The notes: generated by a model from the letters alone, not told the origin. Positions 51,155-63,654 are shown, counted from the first letter of the whole stretch. The stretch is 63,654 nt of DNA, filler included, from Reticulomyxa filosa (GCA_000512085.1; 12 parts of 12 records of this genome joined end to end with filler, not necessarily neighbours in it); one strand, 5' to 3'. Translations and numbers: made by a program.

Positions 51155-53412
51155 TAAAAACTACAAGACTTGTAGATATTTTAAAAAAAAAAAATTAGCT
51201 TTAAATGTTTGTTTTTCATTAAGAAAATCTATCATCTTCATAAGGTGGTATTTTAGGTGTTCAGTTTTTTTTGCAACCTACTGTATGTTATATAAAATAC
51301 ATCAATCGAACAATTACATTTACACATAATATTTAAATTATTAAATTGAATAAGTCAAAATGACTACAATATTAAATTGATATAACATTGCTATTTTGAA
51401 TATAGTACAAAATGTTAATATAAAACTCAACATAAAGAAACATTGCAAGTTCAGAAAGTTACAAACAAATTAACAACATTAGTATGTATATTAATAATAT
51501 GAAATATATATATAATATCGATTTATTCTTTAACAACGCAAATGAGTTGTTGTAAGATAAATCACGATACATTGACTATCATTTCGCGATTACAAATTAA
51601 GTGTGATTTAATTATAAGAATGTGTCCACAACATCAGTTTCAAAAGTCTAAAGATGCTATATATTCATTTATTAGTTTAGTAAGTTATAATCAACAACAA
51701 TAAAAATTTTGATTATCGAAAATTGCTATTAATATTTGTCAAGACATAATTAACCAAGTTTTATTCATTTATATTTGTAAAGCTATTTAGACTATATTTG
51801 ATATGAAAATATATCTAGTAGTGATAATGTTTGCAAAAAGATTCAATTCTGAATTTATAAAGTTATAGTGAATGCATAATGGTTTTTGATTAATATTTGC
51901 TTTGTCTTTGTTTATCATTCTTTTTGCTTTTTTTGTCTAATAACAAACAAGTCAAGTTAATTCAAAGTATAAGAACTAAATTTTTTTTGTGGTAAGATTG
52001 TTTTTAATGAAAATTACTATTTGATTAAATCACTTTTTGCATTGTATACTGATTGTATTCTATCAGACATTGATTTTGTTAATTTTAATGTCTCTTTGTC
52101 AATTTTTTTACATTTTAATTCAAATTGTTTACAAAGTTTTTCTTTTGAATATTTTTGCTTTCACTATCCACCAAAGATTTTCGGCTTGTTTCAATTCTGG
52201 GGAATTGATAAAATATACAATCTTCAATATCTTCAAAACCCCAATTAATGCTTTTTGATCATTTCATCAACTAGAACTTCTTTGAAAATATCTGCATTGA
52301 CACATTAATTAATATTACATGAATAACCAGATCATAACACCACAAAGCAAGATCATACAGTTATGTTTCCACAATCAATTTTTGATGTTTTTATAATTGA
52401 ACGTCAGCTTCCATTTAAGCACACATTCATAACTTACACGAAATTTTTTTGAAACTTTGGGCAAACCATTAAGTCAATAGTGTGTAATGTGTGTGTATTT
52501 CCAATTCACAAGATGACATCATTTGCGTTTGTACAATTTGTGCTATCATAATTTGGAGGACTTAACGATTCATATGTCGAATGATTCAAGCTTACACTCA
52601 TTGCTGTTGCTGTTGCATTTGATTGATCTTTGTTGATAGCACCAGTCGAATACAATTAAAAATATCCATTTGTACATCGCTTGCAGTGAATTATTACAAT
52701 ATTTTTTTTTGTACTTCTATCTAACGTACAATTCGTCATCACGATTTGATTCGTTGGTGATATATCCTTTGTGTCTTCTTTCAACACTTGAAGGACAAAA
52801 TCAAGGTCACCTCCACGACATGCATCAAGGACATGTTTTTGTTGTGCTTTTAATCGCTTTAAGGTCCGACCTACTCTCTGTGCAATATGTTATGTTCATA
52901 ACAGCGACAATTATTATTATTATTAACAAAAGGTTTGACACAATCTGACAATCACACCATTAAACTTGTACATTGCTCCATTGAATCAAATCATCAACAA
53001 CAAACATAAGCGACGACAACTGCTTTGTTCTGGTCAGATCCACCTAAACAAACTGTCTGAATTTCCTTCAAATATTCAAGCTCATTGGTTGATTGTAATA
53101 ACCATTTTTCATTACTTGATATCTTATCTGAACAAGACTAACAGAAGAAATAATAAGGTTTAAAAAAAAGGGTCCACCCAAACGTCGAGTTTTAGTTACT
53201 GTAAAAAAAAATTAGGATAGCGTAAAACCGACAAGAGATAAACAGCAGCGAGTGAATAAATCAATCTTTTAAGTGTTATCAGCTGAAACAAAAAAAGGAG
53301 AATGATCGAATAATAACAATAATAAAACGAAGTAAAGCAATTAGCAGAAGATGAAGTGTGAATAAAAATTTTGTGATTTATTAATTTTTTTAAATGAGTT
53401 ATTTTTTTTTTT

Positions 53413-54165
53413 TTACACCATGAAAGAGTAAATATCAGGAACGACATTAAGTTTCATTTGAAAGTATCGTGCTCTCAATTTTTTAACTTTATCTTTTTTT
53501 TTACCTTTTAATCTTTTTCTGGAGGGTTTTTTGGAAGACCCTCTTTTTTGTGGAGGAGGCAAGTCAAACTTGCCACGAATGCATCGTGAGTGACAATAAG
53601 GGACATCACTGCTTCTCCACCCTTCCAACAACACACGGTTCCATTTGGAAAGGGGGTACTTTTCGAAAGGAATGTACGCAAACACCAATTTGTCATTCTT
53701 TCGAATTCTCGCGCGCACACACTGTCTTTTGGCACTGCTTGGCTTACGAGGCTGTCGAATGACCACGCTCTCGACAATTGCCTTTCTTTGCGGCGCGCCT
53801 TCAAATGCCTTTACAGCGGGTGACTTCTTTTTCACATATTTGCGCCATTTTTTTGCACCGATCAAATTCGAATGTCCAAACCTGTGACGTGTTTGTCTCT
53901 TGGCTATGCTTAATAGACCATTCGTGCTGGGTAAGGTCAGATTTGATCTCACATTCCAAATGCCTGGCTGCTGTCTGTATCCACTTCTTCCCATCATACC
54001 GCTGTGCAAGTTCCATCTTGACAGTGAGTACAAGTTGCTTGTGCACAACCCATTTGGATTGGACAGCAATGAACAACCCAATGTATTCGATGGATTCCAC
54101 AATGGCTTCAAAGTTGAAAAGAATTGTGAATGTCTTTGGAGTGCAAAAACATTCTTCATCATCAT
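53413..54165 (-). CDS. rps12: Nucleus-encoded mitochondrial ribosomal protein S12 (uS12m), divergent
   Basis: GAPQRK, PRKPSSAKRQC, VFAYIP, VLLEG..SDVP and IRGKFDL. The long Ser/Arg/Leu-rich N-terminus lacks acidic residues and resembles a presequence. Confidence 0.85.
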   Translation of the reverse strand: MMMKNVFALQRHSQFFSTLKPLWNPSNTLGCSLLSNPNGLCTSNLYSLSRWNLHSGMMGRSGYRQQPGIWNVRSNLTLPSTNGLLSIAKRQTRHRFGHSNLIGAKKWRKYVKKKSPAVKAFEGAPQRKAIVESVVIRQPRKPSSAKRQCVRARIRKNDKLVFAYIPFEKYPLSKWNRVLLEGWRSSDVPYCHSRCIRGKFDLPPPQKRGSSKKPSRKRLKGKKKDKVKKLRARYFQMKLNVVPDIYSFMV

Positions 54166-54532
54166 TTATATTATTTTTGATAGAGTTATTTCTCACGTTC
54201 AATTCCCACTCTTGTTGGCCCCTTTCCCTCTCCACCCCGAAGTTCATTTCATTTCATTACTTTTATTGCCCATTTAAGTAAAAAATATAAATTTTCTTTG
54301 AGACCGGGTAATATTGAGTGCCTTCTAAGTTGATAATTGATTTGAATTGTTTCCATAAATGTGCATTCTGTACGCGAAAATTCGGAAAGTTTTACAAGAA
54401 GACAGGGAGAACAAAAAACAATGACAATTAAATTGTAATGATATTGCAAATGCAGCAGAGGATCACAATCTAAAGAAATAAAAAAAAATCAAAAGTAAAA
54501 AAAACAAACAAACACAACTCTATCCTAATCAA

Positions 54533-55000
54533 TCACCTTCGCACTAAGCTTTTAAGGAACTGATTTTTATTATCTTTTTTCTTGTCCCTTTCATCAACCT
54601 TTTGTTCTGTGTTAACAGTATTATCTTTTTCGACAGCAGCATCCAAAGGGTTTGACTCATCCGTCTTAGTAGCATTGGAAGACGAGCCAATGAGGGTGAA
54701 ATCAGTGGATATACTTTGGACCAATTCGGGTTTCAAATAGGAGCCCTGATATGTTTTCAAGGCATCTGTGGCGTTGGCAAACAGCAGGCGAACCATGGAA
54801 GCCGGGATCATTTGGTAATCACGAAACGTTTGTGGTTTGGAGTCGATATTGTTTTTTTTATTTTTTGGATAAACAGTTATCTCGACTTTCGGCGGCAAAT
54901 ACAGGCCATATTCGACCCCATGTGAGGCAAGTTCAGGATCCAAGCAATCCGAAACCAGTTCAAACAATTTGTCAATTCCTTCTCTAGGATGGAATTTAGC
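54533..55000 (-). CDS. UBX-domain protein C-terminal exon (TUG/PUX1/UBXN6-like)
   Basis: AKFHPREGIDKLFELV..CL...LYLPP....TFRDYQMIPASMVRL matches the UBX fold pattern. Confidence 0.65.
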   Translation of the reverse strand, partial: AKFHPREGIDKLFELVSDCLDPELASHGVEYGLYLPPKVEITVYPKNKKNNIDSKPQTFRDYQMIPASMVRLLFANATDALKTYQGSYLKPELVQSISTDFTLIGSSSNATKTDESNPLDAAVEKDNTVNTEQKVDERDKKKDNKNQFLKSLVRR

Positions 55001-55106
55001 TTTTTTTTTTTTAAAAAAAAAAGTCCCCCCCCCCAAAATGTTGCACTTGTATCACACTTTATATATATATATATAATGGATATGTATTTAAAAAAAAAAA
55101 AAAAAA

Positions 55107-55206
55107 NNNNNNNNNNNNNNNNNNNNNNNNNNNNNNNNNNNNNNNNNNNNTTAATTAATTAANNNNNNNNNNNNNNNNNNNNNNNNNNNNNNNNNNNNNN
55201 NNNNNN
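55107..55206. other. Artificial contig spacer
   Basis: N-TTAATTAATTAA-N. Confidence 0.98.
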
Positions 55207-56371
55207 TCATAAATGCAATGTGTGTTCAAATAACAATTATATTCACTCTTCGTAAGCATGTTGTGATAGATGTTGTAAATACTTTGTAATACCAGTTACA
55301 ACGGCCTGTCATCATGAAATAGGTATTCTTATGTGACAGTGTTTGGATAGCCCCCATTATCACCTTGACATATTTGGACGGGACTTTAGCAATACCTGTT
55401 GCAATTGCGTCTGATTTTTGCGCAAGTTTTGCTTTATGTCGGCCAGTTTGATTGTTTTGAAATTTTTCTCTTCGCTCGTGGAGCTGCTACTTCTGATTAA
55501 TGTAGCAATAAGAATTTCCTTACCCGTTTGCTGAACAATCCCTTCTTCAGGTTGGAAGGGACCTTCAAAATCTTGCTAATGTCTTTTAGTTACAAAACCG
55601 GACAAGTACTATTTGTCAAACCCAAAGTACCGCTTTCCATTTTTCGATTCATCGCCTGTATTTTCGTCCCATTCGCTAGTTCCACATCAATACATTTTTC
55701 ACCTTTACCAAAATCAGGAAATTACCAGAGTATGTGACAAGATCTCAACCCCTTCAAGTCCACTCTTCAACGCGATAATACTGCTCACATCAACAACTAG
55801 TTCTGATTCAATTTTTTGATAATGGTGCACTGACGATTCAATTTACACTCGTTATCTTGCGCATTCTTATCTTCGGTAATCACCACGTCCAATCTATCCG
55901 TCGACTGATAATTCGAAGGAGGTTCCATTTCTAGGTCTTCTGGAATTATTTCGAGTTGTTTCTCGCTTAGCACTTCTGTGTGTGCGCATTGCACTATTGA
56001 CCGACACGTGCAAATAACCGTGTCCCGTTAGCATTCAAAGTATCTTTTTTTTATTCAGTCATCAAATAAGATTATCTTGTTAATACATCCTATACATCCT
56101 ACATTAACATTTCTATCTCTTCTTTCAAAATTAAACAAAAACTTTTCAGTGTTTGTACCTTTGTCCTCTGAATATTCCATCGTCACCATTCGCAATATGC
56201 TCAAGTTGCTTCAATCCTATAATTGGCATGTCCAATGTGGATATTTTTTTTTTTTGATTGGCCACAACGAAGTGATAAAAATACGTAACATGACCTGCTA
56301 AATAGATTGAATGAAACAAAAAAATTGATATCCTCTCTTGACTGTGAAGATAAATGTACAACGTCAACCTG

Positions 56372-56471
56372 NNNNNNNNNNNNNNNNNNNNNNNNNNNNN
56401 NNNNNNNNNNNNNNNTTAATTAATTAANNNNNNNNNNNNNNNNNNNNNNNNNNNNNNNNNNNNNNNNNNNN
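56372..56471. other. Artificial contig spacer
   Basis: N-TTAATTAATTAA-N. Confidence 0.98.
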
Positions 56472-56633
56472 GAAATACGCATTCAAAGTTTATGTTTTGA
56501 ATTAGGGAAAAATGCGTAACGAGTGTAATAATATGAAAACATACAAAAAAAAAAAAAAAAAGAAGGCAAAGGGGGGGTCAAGGCTCAACAACAAACAGCT
56601 TTTTTACTTGTTGTCGTCACAAATGCAAAACAC

Positions 56634-56713
56634 CTGTTCTCAAGGCCAACTAAGCAAACTTCCAAATTCTTGGTGAAAAATTTTTTGAATAAATTGCTTA
56701 AGAAACCTCCCAT
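56634..56713 (-). CDS. ARF-like small GTPase, first exon only
   Basis: MGGFLSNLFKKFFTKNLEVCLVGLEN followed by a GT donor: an amphipathic N-helix plus the start of the P-loop. Confidence 0.65.
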
Positions 56714-57209
56714 TATTGATTCAATGACTTTGTATTCTCGTGGTTGTGCAATACGATTAAAAAGGGTCACTTATATGTACGCGTTTTTTTTTAATGAAGA
56801 ACTCGAAACGACCCTTTTTGTTGAAACGCGCAAACTGCAAAGAGTACAAACTCATGCACACGCGAGTCATAGCCATAACCACAGCCTTTCTAATTCTTTA
56901 AATAGATTAGTAATGTTGCCCTTTTTCTAATTTTGAAACAGTTTTATTTGTTCTGAGAGCGCCAACTTTACTACGCAGAGATATTTATTGCAAAGACGGA
57001 AGCTACCTTACAATTGTTGACAAAAGGAAACAATTTCAGCATAAAAAAATGATTAGGTAGTTTTCACCACGTCGTCTCAGCTCTTTTGAAAGGGCCTTAT
57101 TTTCTCGTCCAAAAGTTTGAAAAGAGCCAATTTGATAAATAAATATCCCAACTCTCCTTCTGTTTTTGAATTAAAAAAATTTGGTTTCAATTTTTTTTTT
57201 TAAAAAAAA

Positions 57210-59489
57210 ATGAGTGACGAGAAATCGGAGGTGGATCCTCAAAACAGAGGCAAGAACTGGACAGAAGAATGTTTCGACAAAGCTTGGGTGTTACATCTAG
57301 ACAGCAATCAAAAAATAAGGGATTGTATTTGCTTAGTTTGCCGTCAAATAGCAAATAATGCAATGGAGCTAAGTTGTGAACAGCACGAAGACCTTGACGA
57401 AGTATTAATAGTTGGGAAGAATTGTTTGAAAGCCTATCTAAAAAAGAATGGAGATATGTGTCCAATAGAGCCACATGAAGATTGCAAATATTCAAAAACA
57501 AAACTAGTGCAGCGTCAAGTAGGTGAGCTTATGGTAATGTGTCCGCTGCAATTTAAACAGGACCAATTATATCCAGCAAAACAATTGGAAGGAGAGACTT
57601 TGGAAGAAGGAAATGAGCAAAGCTCCGAAAGTAGAGCCACTTGTAACTTTTACGGACAACTTAAAGACATAAAAGAGCACTTGGATAACGACTGTCCATT
57701 GACAACTTTTGACTGTTGGTACAAGCTTTTCGGTTGTCAAGTCACTTTTTTGAGATGTAATCAAACACAGCACAAACTTTCACATCACAATCAACATCAG
57801 AACTTGGTCATGAGCGCGATTCAACAACGAGACGTTTTGACTCCATTTCTATAACTCTATCTTTTTCTTTTACTTCACGCCTGAACTTTTGCTTGATGTC
57901 GAATGGAGAAAGGAAGAGATCAAAAGATTGCGAAAAGAAAATGAAACTCAAAAATTGCAAGAAGAGTCACTCAAAAAAAGAAATACAGAATGCAACCAAC
58001 AGCTCCTGCAATGTCAACAAGAGCTTTCCAAAAGCACTGTCTCTCAAGTTTTTTTTGTTTTTTTTGTTTTTGTAATTCATTGTCATACACATACACATAT
58101 ATATGGTATACATACATATATATGTTATATACGTACATATACAAAAACGATCTCCATTCCTCTTATCCCTTATCTTTATGTCGGATCGTGTTAAAAAACA
58201 AATTTTCGTTTCTTTGAAAAAAAAAAAAAAAGAGGATAAATTGATTGAATGGTCAAATTAAAAATAGAGAGAATTGCAAAAACTATTGGAAACGAAAACA
58301 AAAGAAACAGTGGAACTGACTCAAAGCAACCAAACTTTAATTTGCAAATGCAACTCACTCTTAGTTCGTTAGTCAAACATATATATATATATATATATAT
58401 TTATACAAAAATATGTATACGTATTTATATCATTTTAGCGTTTGGATATATATATATATACATTTGAAAAAAAAGGAGGAAATGGAGAAATTGAAAGCAA
58501 AGTTAGAAGAAAAAGAGAGTGCAAAGGAAAAGATGGAGTTGTTTAATCGAGTGGAGCCACATCAATACGATTGGGATCGGACAAGAATGGGATATTCAGA
58601 ACAAGAGCCAGAGCAAGGACGGGTGCGACTACGATCAGAGATGCAAGAGCTGATGCACAAAAGCTGTGAAGACATAGTGAGACAAATGCAAATAGGTCTG
58701 AGATGTTCATTCGTTCCTTCTTTGCAAAACGGAGTGGATTTTTTATTGCGCGAAGAGAACAAGCAAAAGATATATTTGGAGAATGGGAAGTGGCACCATT
58801 TCCAACTTGGAGTGTATTTGCTTGGGGAGGGCATGACACTGACGGTGGATTGCAATAACAAAGTCAACAAAAACGAGATGGGGTATTTGAAAATCAAGAC
58901 AAGTCATTTGTGGATTAAACATCACGACTCCGTAATTGATTGTTCGGGGTTAGGATATTCGTCCAACAAGGGACCTGGCAAGGGCTCCTCGGCCACCTAT
59001 AGTGGTTGTGGAGGGGGTGGTGCTGGACATGCCACAAATGGAGGAGGGGATGATATTGCCAGTGGCCATGGCAAAGCTGGAGGCATATATGGAGAGAAAA
59101 CCTTATTGAAAGAATTGCATTGCGGTAGCGGTGGTGGCTCCAGCTTTTTTTATCAAAAAAAATATAAAGGAGGCCGTGGCGGTGGCATCATTCACTTAGT
59201 TATTGAACAGCAATTGCTCAATCAAGGAGTCTTGCGATGCGATGGCGCAAGTGAGGAAAAGGGATTCGGAGGTGGAGGCAGTGGTGGGTCCATACTTCTT
59301 CTGTTTGCTTCTTCTCCTTCTTCTTCCACTTTTCAACACACTTTTGGCACCATCACATGCATCGGAGGCAATACTCAATGCCCCAACGCCGGTGCAAACG
59401 GGAGAATTGCCATTCATGGTGTTACTCCCTCCTATCAAGATATTGAGAAAATCAATCCGAAACCTTTTTATAATAACATTGTCAAATGA
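57210..59489 (+). CDS. RING/TRAF-like zinc finger + coiled coil + glycine-rich C-terminal domain protein, multi-exon
   Basis: Same N-terminal Cys/His module as 21633 (CLVCRQIA..CPIEPH..HLDNDCP..CWYKLFGC). The C-terminus has GGGGAGH, GSGGG, GGRGGGII and GGGGSGGSI. Confidence 0.8.
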
Positions 59490-59762
59490 ACCATAGCCTT
59501 TTTTTTTAATAACAGTAAAAAAAAAAAAAAGTGTATTTCATAGGTATTCTTAAAATTGTTAAAGTTGCGACTTATTGAAAAATAAATAAATAAATGAACA
59601 AGTGGCAAGGAGATCTGCCAGAGTTTTTAGTCTAAAGTTTTTAAAAAAGGATCTTTTGATCAAAAAGTAGAAGTTCTATATTCTCGGTGCGATTTTGCGA
59701 AAAACGAAGCAAATCCGTAGTTTTTTTTTGTGGTGGCATGTGACCCGATTTGAAACTGAGTC

Positions 59763-60008
59763 TTACAGCAATTGAATTGAACATAAGTCAAAAGAAAGGA
59801 ATGAAAAAGGCCAAAGGATAAAAGGGGGGATGTATTTTTTAGGTATGGGACGGTTTGTGAAGTTGATGGAAGGGAGTGGGAGTGATATGTTGAATGTCTT
59901 GAGAGGTGAGAGAGAGACCGTAGATGGCGATTCTGCCATGTCCACCAAAGTTGTTGCATCGTGGTCTTCCTCCTCTGCAGGTGATGGATCCAAGAGTTTG
60001 AGGAAGAG
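59763..60008 (-). CDS. Hypothetical protein C-terminal fragment
   Basis: Open frame from the contig edge (LDPSPAEEEDHD...). Confidence 0.3.
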   Translation of the reverse strand, partial: LFLKLLDPSPAEEEDHDATTLVDMAESPSTVSLSPLKTFNISLPLPSINFTNRPIPKKYIPPFILWPFSFLSFDLCSIQLL

Positions 60009-60108
60009 NNNNNNNNNNNNNNNNNNNNNNNNNNNNNNNNNNNNNNNNNNNNTTAATTAATTAANNNNNNNNNNNNNNNNNNNNNNNNNNNNNNNNNNNN
60101 NNNNNNNN
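60009..60108. other. Artificial contig spacer
   Basis: N-TTAATTAATTAA-N. Confidence 0.98.
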
Positions 60109-62218
60109 GAATGTCGTTCAGCAGGCCCAGCAGTGAACGAGCGGCTGCTTCGGTTTTGTCGGCATAGTCTTGCTGTTCTGGTGCCAGGCCGGTGTGCTGC
60201 AGTAACTGCAGCAGGCCGAGAATGGCGTTCATCGGCGTGCGGATTTCATGGCTCATATTGGCCAGAAAGCGGCTTTTGGCCTGGTTGGCCTGTTCCGCCT
60301 GCCGCTTGGCTTCCTGCAGCGTGGCTTCGTGCTTCTTGCTGGCCGTAATGTCGCGTCGTATCGAGACGTAGCGCTCTATCTCGCCATGCGTGTTCATGAA
60401 CGGCACGATGATGCTGTCCACCCAGTACAGGCTGCCATCCTTGCGCCGGTTGCAGACTTCGCCGCGCCACGCTTGGCCGCTGCCCAGCGTGTGCCACATC
60501 TGGCGCCAGAATTCGGTATCGTGTACGCCGGCATTCAGCTGGCGGTGGTTTTTTCCCAGCAGTTCTTGCTGGCTATAGCCGCTCACGTCGGCGAAGGCCT
60601 GATTGATGCTGGTGATGCGGCCTTCCGGGTCGGCAATCGAGACAATGAAATGCTGCTGGATGATGTCGCGGATGGTGCGCGCCTCCAGCAGGGCGCTGTG
60701 CAAATCGGCTTCGATGGCAACCTGCAGGCTGATGTCGTTCTCGATCGCCATATAGCCTTCCAGTTGCTGCTGTTCGTCCAGCAACGGCTGGATTTCCATG
60801 GCTACCCAGTACTCGCGCCCGCTCTTGCTGCGGTTGAGGATATTGCCGCGAAAGGGCTGCAAGGCGGCCAGCGCGGTGCGGATGCGGCGCACGGTTTGCG
60901 GGTCGGTGCTGCCGGTCTGCAGTATCTGGCCGGGCGAGGCGCCGCGAACTTCGTCCAGCGTATAGCCGGTGAGGCGGGTAAAGCCTTCGTTTACCCAGCT
61001 GATGCGGCGGTCTTTGTCGGTGATGATGATGGCGTTGGTGGTGTGACGTGCCACCTTGGCCAGCAAGGCCAGATCCCGCGTCATGCTGGCGGCCAGTTGC
61101 TCGGCCCGTTGCTGGTTGCGCAGTAACAGCCAACTCGACAGTGCAGCCAGCAGGCTCATCATCAGCCCCATGGTCCCGACCACCCAGACTGACGTGCGCT
61201 GCACGCTGGCCTCGAACAATGCACTGCTGCTGCTGCGCAAGGTAAGGGTACGGCCGCCGATGGTCAGGCGCTGCTCTCGGGTAAAGCTGCGTTGCTGCTG
61301 CCGGGCTGACGCGATATGGCCGTCTTCATCGAATACCAGGCTGCCTGGGGTGGGGATGGGGCTGTCGTACAGCTCGAAGTCGAGTTGCTGCTCGGTAGCT
61401 TCGGCAATGCCTTGCATCAGCTCATCAAGCGTGACCGGGCAGTACATATAGCCCAGTAGTGCTGCGGGCCGCTGCGCCGGCAGCACTGGGCTGCCGTGGC
61501 GAAATACGGGCAAGACCATCAGGTAGCCGGCATGCTCGCGGCCCTGGCGCTGGAAAGTCAGCACGCCGCTCATGGTGGAGCTGCCACGGTGCAGCGCTTG
61601 TTGCAACGTGGCGCTGGCAATCGGGTTGGCCGCCAGGTCCAGGCCCCAGGCTTCACGGTTCTCGATGTGCGGCTCGATGTACCGGATGATGTAGTGCATG
61701 GGGCCCGGCCCAAGGTCGCGGAGCACGAAGCGCGGTGACTGTTGCTGTTGCTGGTTGGCATAAGCGGCCAGTGCCGTTTCCGGTACGACATCGATAAAGC
61801 CAAAACCGCGTACCCCGGGAAACGCGATTTTCAGGTCCATCTCCTGGAAGTAACGGCGGAAGCGCGTGGCTTGCAGCAGGGTGCCATCGCTGGCGGCAAT
61901 GGCGTCTGCCGCACCGCGAAGCCCGTATTCGGGCAAGGTGAAGCGACGCAAGACTTCGGCGATCAGCCGTTCATGCAGTTTATCGTAGCGGGCGGCCGCT
62001 TCCCGGGTGATGCGTTTGTCCAGCTCGCGGGTACCGGCGGCGGTCAGCAGCAGCCCGATCAGTAATACGCCCAAACTGATAGCGCGCAGCTGAGGTGTTT
62101 GCAGCAGCGTATTGCGGTCTGTTTCGCGCCGCAGCCGGCCGGCTACCCGCCATAGCAAGGCAGGGCAAGCCAGCAGGCAGGCGATGCCGGCGGCCAACAA
62201 CAATGTATTGCCCGCCAT
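60109..62218 (-). CDS. Bacterial sensor histidine kinase (TM-CHASE-TM-PAS-PAS-HisKA), truncated
   Basis: CHASE (FPGVRGFGFI, YIEP..NREAWGLDL), two PAS/PAC domains and the H-box FLANMSHEIRTPMNAILG. High GC, no introns. Confidence 0.93.
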
Positions 62219-62232
62219 CGCGGTTTGCAGCA

Positions 62233-62332
62233 NNNNNNNNNNNNNNNNNNNNNNNNNNNNNNNNNNNNNNNNNNNNTTAATTAATTAANNNNNNNNNNNN
62301 NNNNNNNNNNNNNNNNNNNNNNNNNNNNNNNN
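62233..62332. other. Artificial contig spacer
   Basis: N-TTAATTAATTAA-N. Confidence 0.98.
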
Positions 62333-63654
62333 TCCAAAATTGGAAAGACGCGCTGCCCTACTCTCGCATCGATTTCACCAACTTTCTTTAAGCAAGTGAG
62401 GTGAAAGGACTTGAGCAAATAGGCCAAATTAGGCTGGCTTTGCGAACTGCTGTTCAACACCTCCTTTACCATTACGTTATGCCACAGGTCGGCGATTGTT
62501 TCCTTGTCTTAAATCATACTGAATAACAATATTTGATAGTTTTGAATCAAATCCCACATTGCAAATTCGCGATGGAAGAACGCCTTATCGGACTCGTCCT
62601 TTCTCTTTTCTCGTCCACATTTGAGGATATGTCGAACCACTGCCTCCAACACAGCAACAATGACATCGCGTTCCGATTTGGTACCGTTTTTGTTTTGCAG
62701 TCAAGTTCATGGCGGCGACCAATTGAAAGATTCCTTTTCTATTGCCAAAAATTGTTCAAAGAGTTTGATCACTTTGTTCACGCATTTCTCCACGCCTGCT
62801 GTTTCATTTGCGTCATACAATGACACAAATGCTTTTGGTACGAGTATTTGCAAAACAACTTCCATGTCAGATTTATCCAGGTCTTTTGGCCCGTTTCGAC
62901 GACCTCTGCCAAGATTAGATAAGGGAATTGTCCCTGTTGTGGTGACAATAAGACTTTCTTTTTTGAGTTTGCTTGCCGATCTGGCTTTACAAACTCGACA
63001 AATTTGCTACTCTTTCAATAAAACTCCAAATCACGGCGACATTAAAACTGATCACAGTTGTGCTGCTTGAAAATGTGTTTATGTTCGATTTGTCGCAACA
63101 TTCGCACAAACACTTTAAACCATTTGTGCAAGTCGTATGTGAATACGAGAGTCGGAACGCGTGAGGCAGATTGTTCCACAGTTGTAAGACGATCGAATAC
63201 AAGTTCAATGTGGCATAAGCAAGCGCTCTCATTGCTTGTCAGATCTTGCACGCTTGTCAATAACTTCTTCAACAAATTCGAAACAAATGTGAGTTCGACT
63301 GACTTTCTTCATCCACCATTGTTGTGAACCAGGTGGAAACAAACAAGTTCCAATTGTTTCCAAATATCTTTGGATGTTGCGATATCATAACGTTTCTCAA
63401 CAAATATTCCATTAACGTTCGAATGGAATTGAGCATGTGGGATTCTTGATACACACTAAACTCTTGACATGAACATTGCGCAAAATACAACATCGTATCG
63501 ATAATAGCTTGTCCTTTGCCGCTGAGTATTTGATTCAAATACGTTTTTTGCCAATTCATGGATTGAATTGCCGCTACAAAGAATTGGTGGAACCGGGTAA
63601 TTAACATTGTATTGTCCTTGGCGCTTTGCGATTCCTCCGATTTTTCATCGGCGC
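62333..63654 (-). pseudogene. Fragmented hypothetical (helical) protein or pseudogene
   Basis: Overlapping minus-strand ORFs 63269-63607 and 63042-63275 lie in different frames, with stops further downstream. Confidence 0.35.

Noticed and set aside
47500-53000. Possible decayed genes or transposons
   Set aside because: No motif could be identified with confidence.
60133-62280. Many overlapping short ORFs in the bacterial contig
   Set aside because: They are GC-rich shadow ORFs of the kinase gene.
12999-62332. Regularly recurring TTAATTAATTAA palindrome flanked by Ns
   Set aside because: These are identical 100-nt artificial spacers with six-frame stops. They are not biological, and adjacency across them is meaningless.

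Overview
This window is not one contiguous locus. It is 12 contigs joined by 11 identical artificial 100-nt spacers (N-run, TTAATTAATTAA, N-run). Eleven contigs are AT-rich, intron-containing eukaryotic DNA. Their gene families (expanded WD40, Kelch-WD40, TRAF-like zinc-finger proteins, many pseudogenes) suggest a foraminiferan such as Reticulomyxa filosa; this is an inference. One contig (60109-62232) is GC-rich bacterial DNA encoding a CHASE-PAS-PAS histidine kinase. Recognisable genes include DNAI2, an RNF213-like C-terminus, GRAM and RRM proteins, an atypical Ras, TDP1, a DIS3L2-like nuclease, WASHC3/CCDC53, two inverted TatD paralogues, a DedA/VTT protein, an F-box protein, an actin-related protein, a tetraspanin-like protein, a divergent mitochondrial rps12, UBX and ARL fragments. 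The main finding is a decayed ~2.8 kb minus-strand unit (~4590-7415). In it a kinesin motor-domain remnant lies directly upstream of the RT thumb, zinc knuckle and restriction-like endonuclease of a CRE-like non-LTR retrotransposon, and the whole unit sits between long imperfect direct repeats. It is a candidate kinesin-carrying retroelement. Other notable points are introns with poly-A rather than polypyrimidine 3' ends, a ~190-nt foldback hairpin, TatD paralogues with different N-termini, and a degenerate RZ finger. Exon boundaries were read by eye and are approximate.
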